NCBI GenBank assembly: GCA_049322315.1
Contig: JBMORF010000076.1
Coordinates: 73,221 to 137,220, forward strand
DNA from: Thermodesulfobacteriota bacterium
GTDB taxonomy: Bacteria > Desulfobacterota > Desulfobaccia > Desulfobaccales > 0-14-0-80-60-11
Length of the DNA: 64,000 nt
Direction: 5' to 3'
Of the stretch, positions 20,201-28,605 are shown in pieces. Position 1 is the stretch's first letter. Each line of letters starts with the position of its first letter. Made by a program: the position numbers and the translations under genes. The notes under the pieces are model-generated. The model worked only from the letters and a program-made list of their open reading frames with translations, was not told the DNA's origin and did no database searches.

Positions 20201-23200
20201 CTGTCCTCGGAGAAATGGGGATCGTGCTCCCGGCGGATGGCCGCCAGCAGGCCCGGTTTCAAGAAGCGTCCGAAGCTTTCCAGGACAAAGGCGTTGATCT
20301 CCCGCTGGACAATGCGCTCCATAGGGTCCATCGGCGTTATCGGCGTCAGACCGGAGCGCGCCGTGCCGGACGTCGCCGGCGCCGAGGCCGGGCGCTGGCC
20401 CGGAACCGTGGGGAAGGAGATGAACTTCAATGGCTTAGGCGCGGTCAGATGACCACCGGCCACCAGTTGGGCGGTGGCCGTTTTCAGGGTCTGGCCTTCC
20501 GCTTCCGCCAGGCAGGTGGCAATACATCGGGGCGATTCCAGGGTTTCGGTGATGAGATTGCTGAGCGCGTCTCCCGGCCCCACTTCCAAAAAGACCCGGA
20601 TGCCGAAATCCTGCCATAAGGTGCGGACATTGCTGATCCACTGCACCGGAGATTCCAGGTGGGCCATGACGATCTTTTTGATGGCCTCCGGGTCATCGGG
20701 GAAGGGCTCCTTGGTGGTGTTGGAGATCACCGGGATCTTGGGAGCGTGGAAGGGCAAAGGCGTGATGAACGCCAACATATCGTCATGGATCACCCGCATA
20801 ATGGGAGAATGGAAGGACATGCTCACCTTCAGCTGGGTGGCCCGGTAACCTTCGGACTTGATCTCCAGCCGCAGGGCCTGGACGGTGTTAGTCTCTCCTC
20901 CCACCACTATCTGGTTGGGGGCGTTATAGTTGGTGATAAAGACGTCCTTTAAGGCCTTCACCTTCGCTTCCACCAACTCCAGGGGCATGTCGGTGGCGAT
21001 CATGATGCCGGGGTCCAGGTTCAGCAGGCAGGCCTTGTCCATGCAGATGGCCCGCTGGTTCACCAACCGGAAGCCGTCCTCAAAGGAAAATACTCCGGAG
21101 ATAGCCAGGGCCGTGAGTTCTCCCAGGCTGTGGCCGGCCATGGCCTTAGGCCTAATGCCCAGGGAGAGGAGGTACTGCACCATGGCGTATTCCAGGGTGA
21201 AGGTGGCGGGTTGCTGCCAGCGGGTCTTCTGGAGGTCCTCTTCCCGGTTATTAAAGATTAAATCCAAAAGATCGAAATCGGCGAAGGACGCGGCCTGGTC
21301 CATATACTCCCGGATGATGGGGAAGTTTTCATAGAGTTCCCGGCCCATGCCGGAGTATTGGGCCCCCTGTCCGGGAAAGACCAGGGCGAGGGGCGGGGGC
21401 GTGACGTTTTCCGGCCCCAGAAAGACTCCTTTGCGCCCCAAAACCCGCAGGGTCTTCTCCGGGAGAGGACCGTTAGGTGAGAGGGGTTCCAGTTCCTGAA
21501 TCCGGTCTAAGGCCTCCTTTTCGGAGTCGGCCGGCAGGGCCACCCGGTAGGGATGCCCGTCTAACGTAGTGCGGCCGCAAATGACGCCAATGGGGGGGGC
21601 GACTTCCGGGCCGGAAGCCTCAGCCCCGGTGGACTCCGGCGGCAGAGAGACCAAGACGGTGTCCCGGCTGTCCAGTGACTCCTCCAGATGCATGACATAG
21701 TTGGAGCCGCCGAATCCGAAAGAATTTACCTGGAGCCTACGGGGGCGTCCATTGGCGGCGGGCCAGTCCAGGGGCTCGGTGGCCACCATGAGCCCGGATT
21801 CCTCGATGCCCATGGCGGGATCATGGTTCCGGTAGTTGAGGGTGGGGGGAAAGACCCCGGCCTGCATGCCCGAGACGCCCCGGATGAGGCTGTTGATACC
21901 GGAGGCGCCCAGAGTGTGGCCGATTTGGGATTTAAAAGAGGATAACACGGTGCGGCTGTTGCCCTGGTAAAAGGTCTGGAGGGCCTTGACCTCTTCCACG
22001 TCCCCCTGGAAAGTAGCGGTAGCATGGCATTCAATCAGATCCACCGCCTCCGGGCCGTAAGGCAGGTCCTCAAAGGAGGTCCGGATGGCGATCTCCTGGG
22101 TGTCCCGGGAGGATTCCACCAGCCCCAGGTTGTTGTTGGAGGCGCCGGTGCCGGTGAGGTAGGCGTGCACCCGGGCGCCCCGGCGCCGGGCCACCGACTC
22201 CGACTCGATGACGATCATGCCTCCGCCTTCCCCCAGCACCATGCCGTCCCGGGTGAGGTCAAAGGGACGGCTGCCCTCTTCCGGGGGATGCTGCTTTCCG
22301 GAGATGCCCGCCAAGGCCCCCAGCGCCGAAAATTCCAGGAAGTGCATGGGGGTGAGATTCTCTTCGCCGCCGCCGACGATGGCCGCGTCGATGATGCCGT
22401 TGTTAATCATCTGGATGGCGCTGTACAGAGCCACCAGGGAGGTGGCGCAGGCCGCGGACACCGCAAAACTGGGACCTTGAAAGCCGTATTTATTGGAAAT
22501 GAAACCGCCGGCGGTGCAGTTGAGCCTCCCCAGCAGGGTGGTATCGTCAATGGCCAGCCGCCCGTCTTTCACCTCATTGGTGATGGCCTCAGCCAATTCC
22601 GGGGACAGGGAAACCACCCGCTGAATGGTGTGCAGGATTTCATCCCAGGCGCCCCGCACCAACAAGTCCATGAGGGTACCCGCGGCCTCGCCGGAATTCT
22701 GGGAGATAAGCACGCCGATGCGCTCCGGGGGGATGCCGGCGGAGAGGATGCCGGATTCCTCAATGGCCTTGGCCGCCAGCCACAGGGTAAGCCTGGTGGC
22801 GTGGGTCATGGTGCGGAAGTCCTGGGGCGCGATATCCAGGTCCTTCCGGGTGATGACTAAATGATGGAAGGCCCCCACCTGGCAATAGGTTTTCTCCGGG
22901 GTCCGGGGCCGGGGATGGAAAAAGAGTTGATGGTTCCAGCGCTCCGGCGGCACCAGGGTGATGCCGCTTTTCAAAGCCAGGCTGGCAGCCCACACCTCGG
23001 TGGGGGAGTTCCCCAGGGCGTTCACCAGGCTCATGCCGGTGATGGCGATCCTCTCCCCTTCGTCCCTCCGGGAGGTGGAGCCCCGATGCCGGGGTCCCGG
23101 GGTGGCGGTTTTTCGGGGGGCCCCCAATTCCGGCTGCTCTAAGCTAAGGGGACCCTCGGCCAACTCCCGGTGCAGCTCCGCCACGGATTGGACCTGGGTG

Positions 23201-25167
23201 ATGGCGCCGGCGCAGGCCCCGCTCATAAACTGGCCCTGGTCCAGGCACGCGGCCTCCGGCAACCGGGGGCCTTGAGGCCCGGCCGTGCCCCGGGCGGCTA
23301 CCAGCAGGCTGCCGGCGGCCAGGGTTTCCATGTCCCGGCGAAAGGAGGCTTCGTCCTGGCGGCCACACCTAAAATCTTGTTCCAGGGCGGCGATGCGGTC
23401 CATGGCCGGAGTTTTTAAAGACCGCACCCGGAGTCCGGAACATTCCCCGCTGATCACCGTGGACCCGGGGGCGGATTCCAGAATGAGCCGCTGATAGAGG
23501 GCGGATAAGGCCCCGGTGCTGACTATTTCCCGGGTGGCCAGGTAAGCGGTGCCCATTTGCAGGGCGTCGGCTCCCAGCATGGCGGCCATGGAGGCCGTCT
23601 CCCGGTGATAGATGCCCCCGGCCAGGATCAGCCGCCGTCCTTCCAGGAGTTGCGGTTCTTTACGCTTCAGTTCCAGGAGGATTTGGGCCAGGGTAAAGGT
23701 GGTGTGCTGGCCCACGTGGCCGCCGGCTTCATTGCCCTCCAGGATGAGGTAGCGCACCCCGGCCCCGCAGGCCAGGCGCAGCAGGTCCTCGTTGGGGGCG
23801 ATATAGATGGCTTCGATGCCCTGCTTTTGCAGCTCGGCCGCAAAGGATGGCTCCCCCGCGGCAATGACCGCGAAGCGGGGGCGATTTTGGGTAATCCAGG
23901 CCAGTTGGCTGTCCCGATGGGGATTTTCCGCCAGGGCAATGACATTGACCGCGTAAGGCAAATCCCCCATGACTTCTGGCAGGCGCTGAAGTTTTTGGGC
24001 CAAAGCCTCCCGGTCCATGAGCCCCAAAGCCACGGTGGGCAGGCCTCCGGCCTCGGCCACCGCCCGGGCGAATTCCGGGACATCGGTGATCCAGGACATG
24101 GCCCCTTGAATGAGGGGGTATTTACAGCCCATTTCCCGGGCCACGGGGCTTCTGCCCAAAATTTCCGCCTTTTCCTGGGCCTGGGCCAGTTGCCCCTTGA
24201 TGGCGGCCAGGAAGCCTGCCAGCGCTTGCTGGGTTCTTGAGCCGTAGTGGGCGGCAAAATCCTGGGCAAAGGCCGCCTCCACTCCCAGGGGAATGAGTTC
24301 CTCCCGGTGAAACCGGCTTTCCTGGACGGGGACGGCCATCCGGGCGACTTCCCGGGCAAAGGCCCGGCGGGATTCTCCAGTTAACTCGCCCCCGGCGGCC
24401 GCGGCCGCGTCCTGAACCTTCTTTACCGCCTGGGAGTTGCCCCGATTGAAAAAGCGGTGGGGAACTCCCAGATCGAGGCCCACCAATTGGGTGTGATCGG
24501 GACGCAAGCGGGCCAGCCCCTGGCGGGGGGCCTCTCCCAGGCCCACCAGGTCCGTCAGCCAATGGAGACTTTCCAAAACGATGCCCCGGGCGCCGGTGGC
24601 CAAAAAGGCCGCGGCTGCTTCCGGAGTAGCCACCCCTCCCCGGATTACCAGGGAAGGAGCGGACTGCCGCTGACGCAACCGGTCCCGGACCGCGGCATAC
24701 ATGGTGAAGATGGATTCACTGCCCACCCAGCCTGCGGCTTCACAACCTTTAAGGACCAGATGGGGGAGCTGGGGAAGATGGTCCAAGGTCTCCAGGATAA
24801 AAGGGGTATCGCTGAGAATGGGAAAGACTTCCACGTCAGGGCTGAAGGCCAGGAGCCTCTCCAGGGCCAGTGGAGGGGATTCATCCAGCACCAGGGGCTG
24901 AAATTCCACCCACAGCCCTTTGAGGGCCAGAGATTCCAGAAGCTCGGGAAGTAAGGGGTCTTTCAAGACCTCCGGGGCCACCTGGAGATGGACCGCTTCC
25001 CCAGGAAATTCAGCCTGCTTTAAGGCCGGAACTGCGGCGCTCAAAGTCAAGTGAGATATATCGACCAGGGCGATAGTCCCTGTATCCCGGGCCATTTGTG
25101 CCACTGCCGGCGAGAACTCTTCCAGCCGCCAGACCGTGGCAATTATCGGACGCATGGGTGCCAACAC
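17215..25167 (-). CDS. Single-module type I PKS / PUFA-synthase-like enzyme (TIM-like, ER(NPD), KS, AT, ACP, KR, DH)
   Basis: 2650 aa. Domain motifs are listed in the seven domain features that follow. No thioesterase, reductase or condensation release domain was recognised. Confidence 0.9.
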   Translation of the reverse strand: MLAPMRPIIATVWRLEEFSPAVAQMARDTGTIALVDISHLTLSAAVPALKQAEFPGEAVHLQVAPEVLKDPLLPELLESLALKGLWVEFQPLVLDESPPLALERLLAFSPDVEVFPILSDTPFILETLDHLPQLPHLVLKGCEAAGWVGSESIFTMYAAVRDRLRQRQSAPSLVIRGGVATPEAAAAFLATGARGIVLESLHWLTDLVGLGEAPRQGLARLRPDHTQLVGLDLGVPHRFFNRGNSQAVKKVQDAAAAAGGELTGESRRAFAREVARMAVPVQESRFHREELIPLGVEAAFAQDFAAHYGSRTQQALAGFLAAIKGQLAQAQEKAEILGRSPVAREMGCKYPLIQGAMSWITDVPEFARAVAEAGGLPTVALGLMDREALAQKLQRLPEVMGDLPYAVNVIALAENPHRDSQLAWITQNRPRFAVIAAGEPSFAAELQKQGIEAIYIAPNEDLLRLACGAGVRYLILEGNEAGGHVGQHTTFTLAQILLELKRKEPQLLEGRRLILAGGIYHRETASMAAMLGADALQMGTAYLATREIVSTGALSALYQRLILESAPGSTVISGECSGLRVRSLKTPAMDRIAALEQDFRCGRQDEASFRRDMETLAAGSLLVAARGTAGPQGPRLPEAACLDQGQFMSGACAGAITQVQSVAELHRELAEGPLSLEQPELGAPRKTATPGPRHRGSTSRRDEGERIAITGMSLVNALGNSPTEVWAASLALKSGITLVPPERWNHQLFFHPRPRTPEKTYCQVGAFHHLVITRKDLDIAPQDFRTMTHATRLTLWLAAKAIEESGILSAGIPPERIGVLISQNSGEAAGTLMDLLVRGAWDEILHTIQRVVSLSPELAEAITNEVKDGRLAIDDTTLLGRLNCTAGGFISNKYGFQGPSFAVSAACATSLVALYSAIQMINNGIIDAAIVGGGEENLTPMHFLEFSALGALAGISGKQHPPEEGSRPFDLTRDGMVLGEGGGMIVIESESVARRRGARVHAYLTGTGASNNNLGLVESSRDTQEIAIRTSFEDLPYGPEAVDLIECHATATFQGDVEEVKALQTFYQGNSRTVLSSFKSQIGHTLGASGINSLIRGVSGMQAGVFPPTLNYRNHDPAMGIEESGLMVATEPLDWPAANGRPRRLQVNSFGFGGSNYVMHLEESLDSRDTVLVSLPPESTGAEASGPEVAPPIGVICGRTTLDGHPYRVALPADSEKEALDRIQELEPLSPNGPLPEKTLRVLGRKGVFLGPENVTPPPLALVFPGQGAQYSGMGRELYENFPIIREYMDQAASFADFDLLDLIFNNREEDLQKTRWQQPATFTLEYAMVQYLLSLGIRPKAMAGHSLGELTALAISGVFSFEDGFRLVNQRAICMDKACLLNLDPGIMIATDMPLELVEAKVKALKDVFITNYNAPNQIVVGGETNTVQALRLEIKSEGYRATQLKVSMSFHSPIMRVIHDDMLAFITPLPFHAPKIPVISNTTKEPFPDDPEAIKKIVMAHLESPVQWISNVRTLWQDFGIRVFLEVGPGDALSNLITETLESPRCIATCLAEAEGQTLKTATAQLVAGGHLTAPKPLKFISFPTVPGQRPASAPATSGTARSGLTPITPMDPMERIVQREINAFVLESFGRFLKPGLLAAIRREHDPHFSEDSLEQWLQARQMAGSQASALTSAFAAAAALPTPAAATAVPVPAGAQPVSDYLEEVILLIMEATGYDRDEIEPDMDLRTDLAIRSSRLPVIMDAAETKFGIEIRLEDFMDVRTVRELATQIAEVAARGGEPGAVTQAAKAAAAPGRESPEPQVPEEEKLKRLTFHPAPLADFEPQPLELTSADTVALFCPTLKSEWRERINDHFRQIFGVTPKTFAFLESHPGQEGAGFDLRQPEEAARAAAKIKEDDSLAGVVFLLDDSLTPELHEMVDLPHLVQGFFSLMQTLVAAPRKKFALTLNCSGEETGGLGLLAQGLLGLFLSSALEYPSVLCRTLRLDRDADLTRALRQALDPRQPVVETIYQQGQLLTREGRMALSLVSGEPRLTLNREDVVVFSGGGYGITPHLVKGLAPLKPRVVILGRTAIDLEPKLVELLQEDEPAEKALRWEIMQQQPDISQDNLGREITRLLQARQVLKTLADLRASGLEVTYLSCDVTDPAQVQAAVRAILDKYGRLDGIVHAAGLVRDRLLPDLSADDIASVLDVKFRGLWNLFTTARSSGLRFLVALSSAAAIQGNRGQSNYTAANRMMSGLLSQIKENHPEIRCKALMLPPISGSGMADNEEVRRFLEKMGVGYFEPVELAELFCRELLLGEPDEVWVMFMSRLPEIKSVRLDTESAPQPSPGVTTGSLVFAPEQFPMIDAVSQLSLRQGWLRANRTFSQEKDLWIADHKPFKFLKYPLVSTIMALETFMEASRLLYPYLRVLGVREAKFTEVIEVPVEVAIDSYITCQSCRHQGGLTVCDLTMETPLISPTGRVLEKKALNYQAQVLMGGEGALPWLDLPDFPVKLEELDTRPADLEEIIEWYDEHTEMQGRYRVVGHLDGSGPGVVRGAGIYRINPDFSHLQAPSLQYAPYLLESLMQMTSFYLKMRNEEDDRTFIPVAIGEMVIGRQCRDQEQIILEARLRVDDDKGMVWDAQASDADGQPLMQVRNLQMRWFSG
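17218..18135 (-). other. PKS dehydratase (double hot-dog) domain, aa ~2345-2650
   Basis: 'LWIADHKPFKFLKYPLVS' has His2381 with Pro at +9, i.e. HxxxGxxxxP spacing with G replaced by K. It is the C-terminal domain of the protein. Confidence 0.6.
18235..19044 (-). other. PKS ketoreductase catalytic subdomain, aa ~2042-2311
   Basis: 'VVVFSGGGYGITPHLVKGLA' Rossmann motif, 'CDVTD', 'GIVHAAG' and 'SSAAAIQGNRGQSNYTAAN' (S..Y..N). A putative structural subdomain lies upstream, from about 19662. Confidence 0.75.
19825..20064 (-). other. PKS acyl carrier protein domain (single copy), aa ~1702-1781
   Basis: 'EPDMDLRTDLAIRSSRLPVIMDAAETKFGIEI'. Ser1738 occupies the DSL position, but the motif reads I-R-S-S rather than (G)xDS(L/I). 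Confidence 0.65.
20551..21390 (-). other. PKS acyltransferase domain, aa ~1260-1539
   Basis: 'LVFPGQGAQYSGMG', the active-site 'AGHSLGE' (Ser1347), 'SFHSPIM' and 'FLEVGPG'. Confidence 0.85.
21679..23055 (-). other. PKS ketosynthase domain, aa 705-1163
   Basis: 'ERIAITGMS'. Active-site Cys907 in 'AVSAACATSLVA' (codon 22447-22449). 'ECHATAT' and 'KSQIGHTLGASG' His motifs. 'NSFGFGGSNYVMHLEE'. Confidence 0.85.
23158..24141 (-). other. PKS enoyl-reductase domain, PfaD/PksE-type (nitronate monooxygenase fold), aa ~343-670
   Basis: 'CKYPLIQGAMSWITDVPEFARAVAEAGGLPTVALG', 'EGNEAGGHVG', 'LQMGTAYLATRE'. Confidence 0.75.
24178..25167 (-). other. PKS N-terminal degenerate TIM-barrel/NPD-like region (aa 1-330)
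   Basis: 'LVLKGCEAAGWVGSESIFTMY' parallels 'LILEGNEAGGHVGQHTTFTL' of the next domain, but the FMN/His motif is degenerate. Confidence 0.4.
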
Positions 25168-25374
25168 CGAAACCTCGCTTATAAATTACTTAATGGTTTA
25201 ATATCACTTTTTCCAGGAATAGAGGAAAAAATGAAGGATATAAGCCCTTTTCCAAAGAAGCAATCCCCTCTAGCCGTCAAGCGCTGAGCTTTTTCAGCCT
25301 GAGGGAGGCATTATTATCACCGGTCAAACTCCAGGTCTGCCTGCCGCGGGTAAGGGGCGGTTATGCATGGCCGT

Positions 25375-26484
25375 TTATAAGCAGTCGGGGCAGTGGAGGT
25401 CGTAGCCGTAACGTTCAAAGGTTGGCCCCCAATGCTGACGTACTTTGGCGATGGTGGCGGCGTCCAGTCTATAGGTGTTTTTCCGGTAATTTTTCTGGGA
25501 TTCCAAATAGGGAACCACCCGGCGCCAACATTCCTCAAACCCAGGCAGGCCGAGGGCGGCATAGATGTTTTGCAAAGTCTCCCGGGGATTGCTTACCAGG
25601 TCTTCGTATCTTACTTCCACCAGGGACCCGGCCGGAATTAACCCCCGATCCCGCTCGTACAGTGAATAAAGCTCGGTATACCAGGATAAAATATTCTTTT
25701 CCACGGCCTCCGGATCGGGAATCTGGAGATGAGTGTAGCTGAAGCCGGTCTGCCACAAATGTTTCATGGAAAGATAGACTTTATAAGGATTGCGGTAAAT
25801 ATGAATAAATTTGGCCTGGGGAAATAATTCCAACAAGAGGCGCACGCGGCCTAAATGGGGGGGTGATTTGAAGACAATCCTCTTGCCTTTGGAAAAGGTA
25901 AGTTTCTCCACAAAATACAAAAAAGCGGCCTTCCATTCATCCAGGTCCTCCTTCTCCAAATGGGCAGGGTCCAGGGCCCCAAAACCATTATCGCCGCTGC
26001 CGGGGAAAAGCACGCGCATATAGGGGGAGACGGTGGCCAGCGCCGCCAGGGCGAATTCATCTTCATGGGGCACTTTGGCGGCAATGGTCATGTTGTCCAT
26101 GGGTCTTTTCGACGGAGAGAAATAGTTGAAGATGGTCATGGCCCAGGGCTGGGTATAGACAAAATGGTGCGGAAACATGACCTGGTAATAAGTAGGCGTG
26201 GTGAAGTTTTCATCCTGATTCAGGAGGTTGTGCAGATGGGTCGTGCCGCTGCGCCAACAACCGATGATAAAAATCGGGGGGGCCACGGGCTTGGTACCCT
26301 TGATCTTATAATCGTTGCAACGGCGTTCGAAGCAGGCCAAAACCGAATTAACACCGGCCATACCAAATAAATAAAGAAGCCGCTGCCAATAGCGGGGAGC
26401 CACCTGAAACCGGTTACGCCACAATACCCGCCAAAGAGTTGTCAAATTCATGCCAGGAATTGCTTGCCAAAATAGTTTTTTCAA
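25375..26484 (-). CDS. PAPS-dependent sulfotransferase (Sulfotransfer_3-like), stand-alone
   Basis: 5'-PSB loop 'IIGCWRSGTTHLHNLL' and a 3'-PB-like 'FIHIYRNPYKVYLS'. 369 aa. Confidence 0.75.
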   Translation of the reverse strand: MKKLFWQAIPGMNLTTLWRVLWRNRFQVAPRYWQRLLYLFGMAGVNSVLACFERRCNDYKIKGTKPVAPPIFIIGCWRSGTTHLHNLLNQDENFTTPTYYQVMFPHHFVYTQPWAMTIFNYFSPSKRPMDNMTIAAKVPHEDEFALAALATVSPYMRVLFPGSGDNGFGALDPAHLEKEDLDEWKAAFLYFVEKLTFSKGKRIVFKSPPHLGRVRLLLELFPQAKFIHIYRNPYKVYLSMKHLWQTGFSYTHLQIPDPEAVEKNILSWYTELYSLYERDRGLIPAGSLVEVRYEDLVSNPRETLQNIYAALGLPGFEECWRRVVPYLESQKNYRKNTYRLDAATIAKVRQHWGPTFERYGYDLHCPDCL

Positions 26485-26784
26485 AGTTTTTAGGACCCCT
26501 ATTACTTCGCATCACCAGGAGCGAGCTTGTATGTTTGCAGGATGATGATTTTTGATGCTTGAGGTTCCTGAAAAAAAACGTCCAGATAAAAGGAAAATTT
26601 AGCCACATCAGAGGCAGCCGGTTTTCCCCGGATATTTCTGGGCCCCTCCGTGGTTAAGAGTTTCTCCCCAGGCGAGTACTTCTTCAATTATACTTAAAGA
26701 TTACCAAAAACCAAAGTTGGCAGGCTGTGGGGGCCAGGGTTGTACCTCTTTTTCCGGGTGATCAATGCCGACGGCAGCATCCCT

Positions 26785-27306
26785 TTAGGAGATATAGCCG
26801 CATTTCTCCAGATAAGTCAGTATCTTGGCCATACTGTCATCAATAGTTTCCTGAGCCGTCTGGACCATAATCTCCGGTGACTCGGGAGGCTCGTAGGGAT
26901 CGGAGACACCCGTGAAATTCGAGATTTCTCCTGCCAGGGCCTTGGCATATAGTCCTTTGGGGTCCCGGGTTTTGGCGACCTCTACAGGACAGTCGCAAAA
27001 GACCTCCAGGTAATGGTCGATAATCTGGCGGTTTTTCGCTCTGGTAGCCGCGTACGGGGAAATCGCGCCGACGATGGCGATTACCTCATTCTTGTTTAAC
27101 AACTGGGAAATGAGGCCCAGGCGGCGCACCTGAATGTCCCGGTCCCGCTGGCTGAATCCCAAATCCTGGTTAAAGGCGGTGCGTATCAGATCGCCATCCA
27201 GTAATTCGACTTTGAGACCCCGGGATTTTAAATGAAAATATATCCCTTGCGACAAAGTTGTTTTTCCAGACGCAGGAATGCCGGTGAACCACAAAGTAAA
27301 GCTCAT
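26785..27306 (-). CDS. cysC: Adenylyl-sulfate (APS) kinase
   Basis: 'LWFTGIPASGKTTLS' P-loop, 'LLDGDLIRTAFNQDLGFSQRDRDIQVRRLG' and 'AISPY'. Confidence 0.85.
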   Translation of the reverse strand: MSFTLWFTGIPASGKTTLSQGIYFHLKSRGLKVELLDGDLIRTAFNQDLGFSQRDRDIQVRRLGLISQLLNKNEVIAIVGAISPYAATRAKNRQIIDHYLEVFCDCPVEVAKTRDPKGLYAKALAGEISNFTGVSDPYEPPESPEIMVQTAQETIDDSMAKILTYLEKCGYIS

Positions 27307-27403
27307 AAGAATATTTAGGTGATGTAAGGATAAAATCTTACGTAGTAAATGTTAATCAACCTGCCGTAGTTTGATCGGGCAGCAGGAAGGCGCAGCACCT
27401 GGG

Positions 27404-28540
27404 TTAGGCGGCCAATTCCTTGCGGTATAACCTGAATCTTTTGTTCACCTTGGCGCCGCCATCAAGATACCATTGGTTGATCAAATCATTGTCTTCCAGG
27501 TTCCAGCCTAATTCAATGTACTGATATCTAGCATACTTTGGATTATCCATCAACAACCGGAACAGGTAATCGAAGGCCACCAGGGGCAGCCCCTGTTGCT
27601 GGTACTTTTTTCTGATGCCAAAGATCATCCCCCGCCAGCCGTTGATCTCTCTTTTGTAAAGGAGATACTTGAGCAAACCCAGGAGTCCCACTTTGCCGTT
27701 GAGCCTTTTTAGCAGGGGATAGATATCGTCGACCACCATCCCCACGCCCACCGGTTCCTCCCCGTCCACCAGGAAGAAACAGAGATCCGGGTCCACGATG
27801 CGCGCCAGGTGGCGGCCCATATCCTCGACTTCGGCGTCGGTCATGGGCACAAACCCCCAGTTGTCGAACCAGGCCTCATGATAGATCTCCTTCACATAAT
27901 TCATTTCCGTGTGGATATCTTTGAGGCGAAAGGGCCGCATCTGGATATTACTCTTGTTGATGATGCGCCGGGCCAGACGATTCACCCAGGGCGGCGGCTG
28001 CCAGCCGCGATCCACCCGGAAGGCCAGCAGATCCTTTTCTTTGGTGAAGCCCTGGGCTTCCACCAACCCCGGATAATAGGAAGGATTATAGCTCATCATA
28101 AATACCGGGGGTTGGGCAAATCCCTCCACCAGCATGCCGCTTTCGTAATTGGTGGAAGGGTTCAAGGGGCCCCGGATAAAGGTCATGCCCCGGCTCCGAA
28201 CCCAGTCCCCGGCCGCGGCCAAGAGGGCTCCCGCAACCTCAACGTCGTCGGCGCATTCAAAAAAACCCCAGATGCCCATGCGCTCATCGTGAAACCGGTT
28301 GTAATTATGGTCCACGATGGCGGCGATGCGCCCCACAATCTCTGAACCGCGCTGAGCCAGAAAGAGTTGGCGCTGGGCGAACTTCCAGAAAGGATGAGCC
28401 TGGGGGTCGAGAAGCCGGGCCACCTCCTTTTTTAAAGGGGGCACCCATTGGGGGTCCCGGGCGTAAATCTTCCAGGGCAGGTCCACAAAGGCCCGTATCT
28501 GCCCGGGTTGCTCCACGGGGATGACTTTCACTTGTTCCAT
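27404..28540 (-). CDS. Large (378 aa) GNAT-fold acyltransferase of unknown substrate
   Basis: 'FVDLPWKIYARDPQWVPPL' N-terminal signature of an uncharacterised GNAT family. Acyl-CoA loop 'IFGIRKKYQQQGLPLVAF'. Confidence 0.5.
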   Translation of the reverse strand: MEQVKVIPVEQPGQIRAFVDLPWKIYARDPQWVPPLKKEVARLLDPQAHPFWKFAQRQLFLAQRGSEIVGRIAAIVDHNYNRFHDERMGIWGFFECADDVEVAGALLAAAGDWVRSRGMTFIRGPLNPSTNYESGMLVEGFAQPPVFMMSYNPSYYPGLVEAQGFTKEKDLLAFRVDRGWQPPPWVNRLARRIINKSNIQMRPFRLKDIHTEMNYVKEIYHEAWFDNWGFVPMTDAEVEDMGRHLARIVDPDLCFFLVDGEEPVGVGMVVDDIYPLLKRLNGKVGLLGLLKYLLYKREINGWRGMIFGIRKKYQQQGLPLVAFDYLFRLLMDNPKYARYQYIELGWNLEDNDLINQWYLDGGAKVNKRFRLYRKELAA

Positions 28541-28605
28541 ATATTCCTAATAACTTTATGGGTATAAGCTTAACTTTGAGCTGTAAGGCTTGAACCTGAA
28601 AAATA

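Noticed and set aside
17534-25167. Dozens of 60-310 aa ORFs, antisense or out of frame, within the PKS gene (for example 19684..20619, 22024..22860, 23557..24240, 23667..24359)
   Set aside because: They are Arg/Gly/Pro-rich low-complexity products typical of stop-poor GC-rich DNA. All are nested in a 2650-aa ORF with clear domain motifs.
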